DNA from: Candidatus Electronema aureum
Lineage (GTDB): Bacteria; Desulfobacterota; Desulfobulbia; Desulfobulbales; Desulfobulbaceae
DNA length: 32,000 nucleotides
Reading direction: 5' to 3'
NCBI GenBank assembly: GCA_004284765.1
Contig: NQJD01000005.1
Coordinates: 86,618 to 118,617, forward strand
Position numbers and translations under genes: made by a program. Shown piece by piece: positions 25,420-32,000 of this stretch. Each line of letters begins with the position of its first letter. The first letter of the stretch is position 1. The notes below the pieces were generated by a model that ran no database searches, had not been told where the DNA came from, and was given only the letters and a program-made list of their open reading frames with translations.

Positions 25420-26793
25420 ATGAAGAAGAGCAGCGCAAAAGTTTTAATCGTAGATGATGAAGAGACGCAACGGCACCTGCTTCGTGCTATCCTCGAAAAT
25501 TGGGGCTGGCTGTGTGTAGAGGCGGATGACGGCGAGACCGCTGTAGATGAGGTACGCGGTGGGCCGTTTGATCTCGTGCTGATGGATGTCTGCATGAAGA
25601 ATATGAACGGTCTGAAGGCACTGTTGGAGATTCGCGCCATTAACCCGGCCATTCCAGTGGTGATGTTGACCGGAAATTCGTTTATCGAGACAGCGGTTGA
25701 GGCGATCAAGCTGGGCGCGCACGATTATCTGACCAAGCCGGTCAATAAGGAACGCCTTCACGAGACCGCAAAAATCGCCATGAGTCACCGGCAGCCGCCT
25801 GATGAGCCAGAACCACACGGCGGCCAGCCTCTTGACGAAGACGGTAGGATTATCGGCACCTCCCCGCCCATGCAGGCTTTGTGGGAGATGATTCTTCAGG
25901 TTGCGCCTACCGAAGCAACGGTGCTGATCAGTGGCGATTCAGGTACGGGCAAGGAGCTGGTTGCCTCTGCCCTTCATTACAAGAGCCTGCGCAAGGACGG
26001 CCCCTTTATCAAGGTAAACTGCGCAGCACTGTCTGAGAACTTGTTGGAGTCTGAGTTGTTCGGCCATGAAAAAGGGGCCTTCACCGGTGCCGACCGCCGC
26101 CGCGAGGGGTGTTTTGTTCAGGCCCAGCACGGCACTCTTTTTCTCGATGAGATCGGCGAGACGACCCCAGCTATGCAGGCCAAGCTGCTGCGGGTACTCC
26201 AAGAGCATGAAGTACAGCGGGTGGGTGGCCAGGATATCATCAGTATAGATGTCCGCATTGTCACTGCCACCAACCGCGACTTGGAGGTAGAGGTACAAGA
26301 AGGCCGCTTTAGGGAAGACCTTTACTATCGCCTGAACGTGGTCACACTGGACGTGCCTTCCCTTCAAGAGCGCAGAAACGACATACCTCTGTTGACTGAT
26401 TTCTTCATCCGCCGCTGTGCCAAGCGGAATAAACGAAAAGTCAGGGGCCTCACTCCTAAGTGCATGGATGTCTTGACTCGCTACCCTTGGCCAGGTAACG
26501 TGCGCGAGTTAGAGAACGCGATTGAACGCTGCGTGATCCTGACTCGTGGAGAATATTTGAATGTGGACGGTTTACCCTTAGCCGTGCAGCGTTGGGTCGG
26601 TATGAATTTGTCGCATGAGTCGGAAGAAGACCTGCCGCAGGGTACGCTCAAGGAGGCGGAACTCCAGCTGATTACCAGAACCCTTGAGGAGACCGGCGGC
26701 AACAAGAGCGAGGCAGCCCGCCGTCTTGCTATCACCCGAAAGACCCTGCTGAACAAGCTCAAGAAATACGGGCTTGACAGTGGCAAGTCCTGA
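25420..26793 (+). CDS. sigma-54-dependent response regulator (NtrC/ZraR family)
   Basis: REC domain (VLIVDDEE...DLVLMDVCM), AAA+ domain with Walker A GDSGTGKE and the GAFTGA sigma-54 contact motif, and a C-terminal Fis-type HTH NKSEAARRLAITRKTLLNKLKKYG. Confidence 0.9.
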   Translation: MKKSSAKVLIVDDEETQRHLLRAILENWGWLCVEADDGETAVDEVRGGPFDLVLMDVCMKNMNGLKALLEIRAINPAIPVVMLTGNSFIETAVEAIKLGAHDYLTKPVNKERLHETAKIAMSHRQPPDEPEPHGGQPLDEDGRIIGTSPPMQALWEMILQVAPTEATVLISGDSGTGKELVASALHYKSLRKDGPFIKVNCAALSENLLESELFGHEKGAFTGADRRREGCFVQAQHGTLFLDEIGETTPAMQAKLLRVLQEHEVQRVGGQDIISIDVRIVTATNRDLEVEVQEGRFREDLYYRLNVVTLDVPSLQERRNDIPLLTDFFIRRCAKRNKRKVRGLTPKCMDVLTRYPWPGNVRELENAIERCVILTRGEYLNVDGLPLAVQRWVGMNLSHESEEDLPQGTLKEAELQLITRTLEETGGNKSEAARRLAITRKTLLNKLKKYGLDSGKS

Positions 26794-26843
26794 GCAGCAC
26801 CCCCTTCCTAGCACATCCCGGATACATTTCATTCATCAGGCAG

Positions 26844-26872
26844 TTGACGTGGTTCTCCGACTGTGGTAATGA
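26844..26872 (+). promoter_or_regulatory. candidate sigma-70 promoter for the aminotransferase gene
   Basis: TTGACG (26844-26849), a 17-nt spacer, then TAATGA (26867-26872). Confidence 0.3.
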
Positions 26873-26948
26873 CTTGAGCTTTCAGAGAGAAGGAGGGCAT
26901 TTTCTTGTCGTCTGAACGTGCAACTTAAACGAAAAAGAGAGACTGTCC

Positions 26949-28259
26949 ATGCGAACGGATATTCTGCATATCGGAGCGGGCGAACTCACCTACGAGATTC
27001 GCAACATCGTCAATGTTGGCAATCAGCTCCAGGCCTTAGGCGTGAAGGTGAACTGGGAGAACATCGGTGATCCTATAGCCAAGGGTGAGCAGATTCCAAC
27101 GTGGATGAAAGACATCGTTGCTGCTGCTGCCTGTGACAACGCCAGCTACGGTTATTCACCAACCAGAGGCGTGTTAGCTACTCGGCAGTTTCTTGCCGAG
27201 CAGACCAACGCCCTCGGCGGAGCGCAGATCACTGCTGAGGATATCCTTTTCTTCAACGGTCTCGGCGATGCAATCTCCAAGGTCTTTGGCTTACTCAAGC
27301 CCACGGCCAGAGTGGTCGTACCCACGCCCAGCTACTCCACCCATTCCTCGGCTGAAGCGGCTCATGCAGGCGACCGCCCACTGACCTACATCCTTGATCC
27401 GAACCACAACTGGTACCCGGACTTGGATGATCTGGAGAATAACATCAAGTATAACCCAGCGATTGCGGGTATCTTGGTGATCAACCCAGACAACCCCACT
27501 GGCGCGGTGTACCCTGAACGCATTCTGCGGGCGATTGTTGACATTGCTGAACGCTACGACCTCTTTATCGTCTGTGACGAGGTCTATCAGAATATGGTTT
27601 ATAACGGCACCAAAGCTGTACCGTTAGCCACGGTGATCGGCACGCGAGTACCTGCGCTCTGCATGAGAGGTATGTCTAAAGAAATGCCGTGGCCAGGCGG
27701 TCGCTGTGGTTGGATCGAGGTGTATAACGGCCATAACGACCCGATGTTCGAGAAATATACGAAGTCCATCCTCAATGCCAAGATGATGGAGGTCTGCTCC
27801 ACCACCCTGCCGCAGCTCGTGTTGCCCAAGGTGGTGACGCACCCAGAATATCCCAAGTATCTCAACGAGCGTATCCGTCGCTACGAGCGCTACTCCAACA
27901 TCGCCTATAACATCCTCAAGGAATTGAAAGGCGTGTTAGTCAATCGTACCAACGGCGCGTTTTACATGAGCGTGGTCTTTGAACACGGTTTGCTCAATCA
28001 CAAGCAGAGCCTGCCTATCGTCAAGGACGAGGTGCGCACCACGGTAGAAAAGATGGTCAGCGGCTCTGGTGTGGAGCCGGACAAACGCTTTGTCTATTAC
28101 CTGCTTGGCTCGACCGGCATTTGTGTGGTGCCGCTCTCATCTTTTGCCACCACCTTGCAGGGCTTCCGTATTACCTTGCTGGAGCGCGACGAGGAAACCT
28201 TCACCCGCATCTTCAACACCATTGCTGATTCCATTCGGCTGTACGTGGCCTCAGCCTGA
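26949..28259 (+). CDS. PLP-dependent aminotransferase, class I/II fold (alanine/aspartate aminotransferase-like)
   Basis: NIGDPI, YSPTRG, VINPDNPTG and the PLP-lysine region RGMSKEMPWPGGRCGW are characteristic of class I aminotransferases. Confidence 0.8.
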   Translation: MRTDILHIGAGELTYEIRNIVNVGNQLQALGVKVNWENIGDPIAKGEQIPTWMKDIVAAAACDNASYGYSPTRGVLATRQFLAEQTNALGGAQITAEDILFFNGLGDAISKVFGLLKPTARVVVPTPSYSTHSSAEAAHAGDRPLTYILDPNHNWYPDLDDLENNIKYNPAIAGILVINPDNPTGAVYPERILRAIVDIAERYDLFIVCDEVYQNMVYNGTKAVPLATVIGTRVPALCMRGMSKEMPWPGGRCGWIEVYNGHNDPMFEKYTKSILNAKMMEVCSTTLPQLVLPKVVTHPEYPKYLNERIRRYERYSNIAYNILKELKGVLVNRTNGAFYMSVVFEHGLLNHKQSLPIVKDEVRTTVEKMVSGSGVEPDKRFVYYLLGSTGICVVPLSSFATTLQGFRITLLERDEETFTRIFNTIADSIRLYVASA

Positions 28260-28275
28260 GACTTTCGCCTTCCCG

Positions 28276-28304
28276 CTTTGGTGGTTTTTCTGAAACCACC
28301 AAAG
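28276..28304 (+). terminator. perfect 12-bp stem hairpin after the aminotransferase gene
   Basis: CTTTGGTGGTTT, loop TTCTG, AAACCACCAAAG. No clear 3' T-run, so a terminator function is tentative. Confidence 0.45.
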
Positions 28305-28330
28305 TGTCTTGCCGTGGCAGTAACCCCTCC

Positions 28331-28360
28331 CTTGACAGCATTCCTCCCCGTGCTTACTCT
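28331..28360 (+). promoter_or_regulatory. candidate grpE promoter
   Basis: CCCTTGACAGC contains TTGACA (28332-28337), followed by a 17-nt spacer and TACTCT. The same 11-mer CCCTTGACAGC precedes dnaK. Confidence 0.3.
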
Positions 28361-28422
28361 TGCCGTAAATTCGCTGTGCCCCCGATCATACATAACAACC
28401 GCTCAAACGAGGGAGAATATAC

Positions 28423-28992
28423 GTGGCTGAAGAGAACAAAAACGAAACGACTGAGGAGAGCTTGGCCCAGCCTGCTGAGGCAGCTGAATTGGTGGAAGAG
28501 GTTTCCGCTGAGGAGAGCCTGATGAAGGAGCTGGAGGAGACCCGCGCCAAGTTAGATCAGGTGACGCGCTTTGCTGCCGAGGCGGAGAACTCGCGCAAGC
28601 GGATGGAGCGCGACAAGGAGAAGCTGCTCAAGTACGCGGGCGAGAACATTCTGCGCGATCTGCTGAACACAGCCGACAACCTTGAGCGGGCCATTGAGCA
28701 AGGCAAGGTCGAGGGCGGCGAGGCGGAGCAGAAGCTGGCCGCGCTGCTGGCAGGCGTGGAGCTGACCAAAAAGGGCCTCGACACCATGCTGGAACGCTGC
28801 GGAGTCACGCCGGTTTCCGCAGTTGGCCAGCCTTTTAACCCTGACCAGATGGACGCGCTGACGATGGAGGCCAGCGAGGAACTCCCGGCCAACCACGTCG
28901 TGAAGGAGTTTGCCAAGGGTTACGCCTTCAAGGACAAGGTGCTGCGCCATGCGCAGGTGGTGGTGTCCAGCGGCCCGGCGAAAGCAGCGTAG
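28423..28992 (+). CDS. grpE: nucleotide exchange factor GrpE
   Basis: GTG start after GAGGGAGAA. Acidic N-terminus, coiled-coil RFAAEAENSRKRMERDKEKLLKYA and C-terminal GQPFNPDQMDALT...GYAFKDKVLRHAQVVV. It sits directly upstream of dnaK. Confidence 0.9.
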   Translation: MAEENKNETTEESLAQPAEAAELVEEVSAEESLMKELEETRAKLDQVTRFAAEAENSRKRMERDKEKLLKYAGENILRDLLNTADNLERAIEQGKVEGGEAEQKLAALLAGVELTKKGLDTMLERCGVTPVSAVGQPFNPDQMDALTMEASEELPANHVVKEFAKGYAFKDKVLRHAQVVVSSGPAKAA

Positions 28993-29029
28993 GCCTGCCC
29001 AGAATTCTTGCTGCCGCTGAACAAGTCCC

Positions 29030-29059
29030 CTTGACAGCGGTATTTTCATGCACATTGTA
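29030..29059 (+). promoter_or_regulatory. candidate dnaK promoter (heat-shock-like -35 CCCTTGAC)
   Basis: CCCTTGACAGC at 29028-29038. GCACATTG lies 14 nt after CTTGAC and loosely resembles a sigma-32 -10 (CCCCATNT). This is a weak call. Confidence 0.25.
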
Positions 29060-29121
29060 GAGAGCGGCAGGTAGCTTTGAACCATTTCGTTTACACGACA
29101 ACATATTGAAGGAGATATATC

Positions 29122-31017
29122 ATGGCTAAAATCATCGGCATTGACCTCGGCACCACCAACTCGTGCGTGGCGATCATGGAAGGCGGCGACCCCAAGGTGA
29201 TCGAGAACAGCGAAGGCAACCGCACCACCCCGTCCATCGTTGCCTTTCCTGACAGCGGCGAGCGGTTAGTCGGCCAGATTGCCAAGCGGCAGGCCGTCAC
29301 CAACCCCACCCGCACCCTCTTTGCCATCAAGCGGCTGATCGGGCGCAAGTTCTCTGACCCAGAGGTAAAGAAGTCCATCCAGCTCAGTCCGTTCGCGATA
29401 GTGGAAGGGCCGAACGGCGACGCGATGGTTAATGTCGAAGGCAAGAACTACTCGGCGGCTGAAATCTCAGCCATGATTCTTGGCAAGATGAAGAAGACGG
29501 CGGAGGAGTATTTGGGCGAGCCTGTGACTGAGGCGGTCGTCACGGTGCCGGCCTACTTCAACGATGCCCAGCGCCAAGCGACCAAGGACGCAGGTAAGAT
29601 TGCCGGCCTCAACGTGCAGCGGATCATCAACGAGCCAACTGCCGCCGCGCTCGCCTACGGTTTGGACAAGAAGGGCGAAGAGACGGTGGCGGTCTTTGAC
29701 CTTGGCGGCGGCACCTTTGACGTGTCCATCTTGGAGATCGGCGACGGCGTGTTTGAGGTTAAGTCCACCAACGGCGACACCTTCCTCGGCGGCGAGGACT
29801 TTGACATGCGCATTGTTAACTGGCTGGCTGACGAGTTCAAGCGCGACAGCGGCATTGACCTGCGCACGGACAAAATGGCCTTGCAGCGGCTCAAGGAAGA
29901 GGCGGAGAAGGCGAAGAAAGAGCTGTCCTCCTCCTTGGAGACCGACATCAACCTGCCCTTCATCACCGCCGACGCGACAGGCCCCAAGCATCTGAACATC
30001 AAGATGTCCCGCGCCAAGCTGGAAGCCTTGGTCGCTGATCTGATCGACCGTTGCGAAGGGCCGTGCCGCACCGCGCTCAAGGATGCCGGACTTGATCCGT
30101 CCAAGATTGATGAAGTGATACTGGTCGGCGGCATGACCCGGATGCCGAAAGTGCAGGAGAAGGTAAAGGCGATTTTTGGCAAAGAGCCGCACAAGGGCGT
30201 GAACCCGGATGAGGTGGTTGCGGTCGGCGCGGCGATTCAGGGCGGCGTGCTCAAGGGCGATGTGAAGGACGTGCTGCTGCTGGATGTCACCCCGCTGTCC
30301 TTGGGCATCGAGACCCTCGGCGGCGTGATGACTAAGCTGATCGAGAAGAACACCACCGTGCCGACCAAGAAGAGCCAGGTCTTCTCCACCGCCGCTGACA
30401 GCCAGCCTGCCGTGTCCATCCACGTGCTTCAGGGTGAGCGGGAGATGGCCACGAACAACAAGACCATTGGCCGCTTCGAGCTGAACGACATTCCGCCTGC
30501 GCCACGCGGCGTGCCGCAGATCGAAGTCACCTTTGACCTCGATGCGAACGGCATCCTGCACGTGTCGGCCAAAGACTTGGGCACCAACAAGGAGCAGTCT
30601 ATTCGCATCACCGCTTCATCCGGCCTGACCGAGGCGGAGATTGAGAAGATGAAGAAGGACGCGGAGCTGCACGCCGACGAGGACAAGAAGCGCAAGGCCG
30701 TGATCGAGGCCCGCAATCATGCGGATTCGATGGTGCATATGGCCGAAAAGAGCCTGAAGGATTTGGGCGACAAGGTGGATGCGTCAACCAAAGGCAACGT
30801 GGAGAATGAAATCAGCAAGGTGAAGAAGGCGATGGAAAGCGAGGACGCGGAGGCGATCAAGGCCGCCACTGAGTCACTGACCCAGGCTTCGCACAAGCTG
30901 GCCGAGCTGATGTATGCGCAGGCTTCGCAAGGCGGTGCGCCCGGTGCTGACGCAGGCGGCAAGAAGGGCAAAGATGATGACGATGTGGTGGATGCTGACT
31001 TCGAGGAAGTGAAGTAA
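29122..31017 (+). CDS. dnaK: molecular chaperone DnaK (Hsp70)
   Basis: [40 protein letters not shown] and a C-terminal ...[16 protein letters not shown]. Confidence 0.98.
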   Translation: MAKIIGIDLGTTNSCVAIMEGGDPKVIENSEGNRTTPSIVAFPDSGERLVGQIAKRQAVTNPTRTLFAIKRLIGRKFSDPEVKKSIQLSPFAIVEGPNGDAMVNVEGKNYSAAEISAMILGKMKKTAEEYLGEPVTEAVVTVPAYFNDAQRQATKDAGKIAGLNVQRIINEPTAAALAYGLDKKGEETVAVFDLGGGTFDVSILEIGDGVFEVKSTNGDTFLGGEDFDMRIVNWLADEFKRDSGIDLRTDKMALQRLKEEAEKAKKELSSSLETDINLPFITADATGPKHLNIKMSRAKLEALVADLIDRCEGPCRTALKDAGLDPSKIDEVILVGGMTRMPKVQEKVKAIFGKEPHKGVNPDEVVAVGAAIQGGVLKGDVKDVLLLDVTPLSLGIETLGGVMTKLIEKNTTVPTKKSQVFSTAADSQPAVSIHVLQGEREMATNNKTIGRFELNDIPPAPRGVPQIEVTFDLDANGILHVSAKDLGTNKEQSIRITASSGLTEAEIEKMKKDAELHADEDKKRKAVIEARNHADSMVHMAEKSLKDLGDKVDASTKGNVENEISKVKKAMESEDAEAIKAATESLTQASHKLAELMYAQASQGGAPGADAGGKKGKDDDDVVDADFEEVK

Positions 31018-31046
31018 TTCCAAACAGCGTTTACGTCGCGCAAACA

Positions 31047-31080
31047 AGGGGAGGGCAGAGGAATCTGCTCTCCCTTTACT
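31047..31080 (+). terminator. possible dnaK terminator
   Basis: The imperfect hairpin AGGGGAGGGCAGA / TCTGCTCTCCCTT has a GGAA loop, followed by TACTGTTT. Confidence 0.4.
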
Positions 31081-31224
31081 GTTTGCTGCTGTAAGAATAC
31101 CTTTCCAAGTCTGCCCGCGCCTGAGGTGCTAAGGAATTATTAGAAAATTCTGCGTTTCAGGTTGATTAATTCATACGCAGGTATCCTGCTGCCAGCAAGT
31201 ATGGGTGAGGGCGGGTGGAGGTCA

Positions 31225-31698
31225 TTATTTTATTGCTCCTTCAATTGCAATGTCAAGTGAGTCTATTTGCAAAAATGCATTTGTTTCAGGGAGATCAACA
31301 TCACATTCAACAAGAAGGAACATAGTTAATTGATACATAGTTCCAGTCTCAATCTGACTGTCAATACTTTGAGTGAAGTTATCATCCTTGAGATTTTCCA
31401 GATCAGCTATTATGGTATTGCCAGCCACGTGAATCACCAGAACTGCTCGCGCTGAACCTTCTATATTTACATGACCTCTAATATATTGTTTGACATTAAC
31501 CTGTTGATGGTCGCTATCAAGAGGGATTTGAAACGATACTGTACGTGTCTTTACAAGAATATCTTCTCTTCCACCTATAGAATTGATTTGAAGATTGCTA
31601 AAAAGTAGCGAGACTTCTTTGTTGTCTGGAGAGAATACAGTGGACACTTTCAACGAATTCGTTTCAACGGCAAGACCTTTAAACTTTGTGGCATTCAT
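31225..31698 (-). CDS. hypothetical protein in AT-rich segment
   Basis: AGGAGA RBS 7 nt before the ATG at 31698 (MNATKFKGLAVE...). The 157-aa product looks beta-rich with no signal peptide, and I recognise no family. Base composition is markedly more AT-rich than the rest of the window. Confidence 0.55.
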   Translation of the reverse strand: MNATKFKGLAVETNSLKVSTVFSPDNKEVSLLFSNLQINSIGGREDILVKTRTVSFQIPLDSDHQQVNVKQYIRGHVNIEGSARAVLVIHVAGNTIIADLENLKDDNFTQSIDSQIETGTMYQLTMFLLVECDVDLPETNAFLQIDSLDIAIEGAIK

Positions 31699-31828
31699 GA
31701 CGAGATCTCCTTTTTGATTTATTGAAACTATTGTTATCGTGCATATTTTCAAGACTATTCTCGTTGATTTATCCTGCGTTGGTGCCTATTTTCCTCTTAC
31801 TTATCCTCCTTTGTTAAGGATTAAAGAT

Positions 31829-31844
31829 TGGCACATTAATGGCA
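31829..31844 (+). promoter_or_regulatory. sigma-54-like -24/-12 element
   Basis: TGGCACATTAATGGCA against the consensus TGGCACG-N4-TTGCW. GG and GC are correctly spaced, with a single mismatch in the -12 block. It lies about 35 nt upstream of a candidate ATG at 31879. Confidence 0.35.
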
Positions 31845-31878
31845 ATCAAACATGCCTTCCTATGCTAAAGGATGGGTA

Positions 31879-32000
31879 ATGGTGAACCATGAGTGGCAAA
31901 GCGAACGGCTCCCTAAAAAACACATTGAATTTACCATTAAAAACAATATAATATTGAAAAAGTTGACTTCCGACTTGGTCTCAGTTTTCAGAGGGCGAAT
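31879..32000 (+). CDS. 5' end of an unidentified ORF running off the window
   Basis: AAAGGA lies 6 nt before the ATG. The 40 codons (MVNHEWQSERLPKKHIEFTIKNNIILKKLTSDLVSVFRGR) have no stop up to the window end. Too short to classify. Confidence 0.3.
   Translation, partial: MVNHEWQSERLPKKHIEFTIKNNIILKKLTSDLVSVFRGR

Noticed and set aside
28331-28353. A classical sigma-32 promoter for grpE (CTTGAC ... CCCCGTGC)
   Set aside because: Only 9 nt separate the two blocks, whereas sigma-32 promoters have about 13-17. It is kept only as a generic low-confidence promoter sharing CCCTTGACAGC with dnaK.
29467-30561. A long antisense ORF (364 aa) opposite dnaK. Similar ORFs lie opposite other genes: 114-761, 4782-5366, 15047-15754, 20663-21334, 21791-22528 and 23028-23855.
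   Set aside because: These are shadow ORFs caused by GC-rich codon bias opposite well-supported genes. They have no RBS, low-complexity Arg/Ala/Gly-rich products and no recognisable domains.

Overview
GC-rich bacterial chromosome segment. Gene content (multiheme cytochrome c, sigma-54 regulator) loosely suggests a Desulfobacterota-type anaerobe; this is a low-confidence inference. The left edge holds the 3' part of a multiheme cytochrome c gene, a decayed IS110 transposase and an internally deleted sulfatase-family gene. The centre (about 3.08-24.2 kb) holds 22 co-directional + strand genes, mostly overlapping or a few nt apart. They form three blocks, and each block is opened by the same 48-bp palindrome/promoter module. 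Block 2 starts with a 63-aa precursor peptide carrying 3.5 tandem AAPCACCHGGAYQ units (11 Cys, 4 His). It continues with an E1-like/RRE protein, a YcaO cyclodehydratase, an EntS-like MFS exporter, a SagB-type dehydrogenase and a methyltransferase, which is a TOMM-type azole RiPP pathway. These genes are interleaved with two TonB-dependent receptors, a dispersed Nik/Dpp-type ABC importer, a FecB/FecCD/FecE-type ABC importer, an FmdE-like protein plus a second methyltransferase, and a dedicated ExbB-ExbD-TonB set. I read this as a candidate ribosomally made thiazole/His metallophore with its own export and re-import machinery. That function is an inference, not something the sequence proves. On the right are gene debris (a receptor plug fragment and a paralogous permease fragment), a sigma-54-dependent response regulator, a PLP aminotransferase, grpE-dnaK, and an AT-rich tail with an orphan gene and a sigma-54-like promoter. 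No rRNA, tRNA or CRISPR array was seen.
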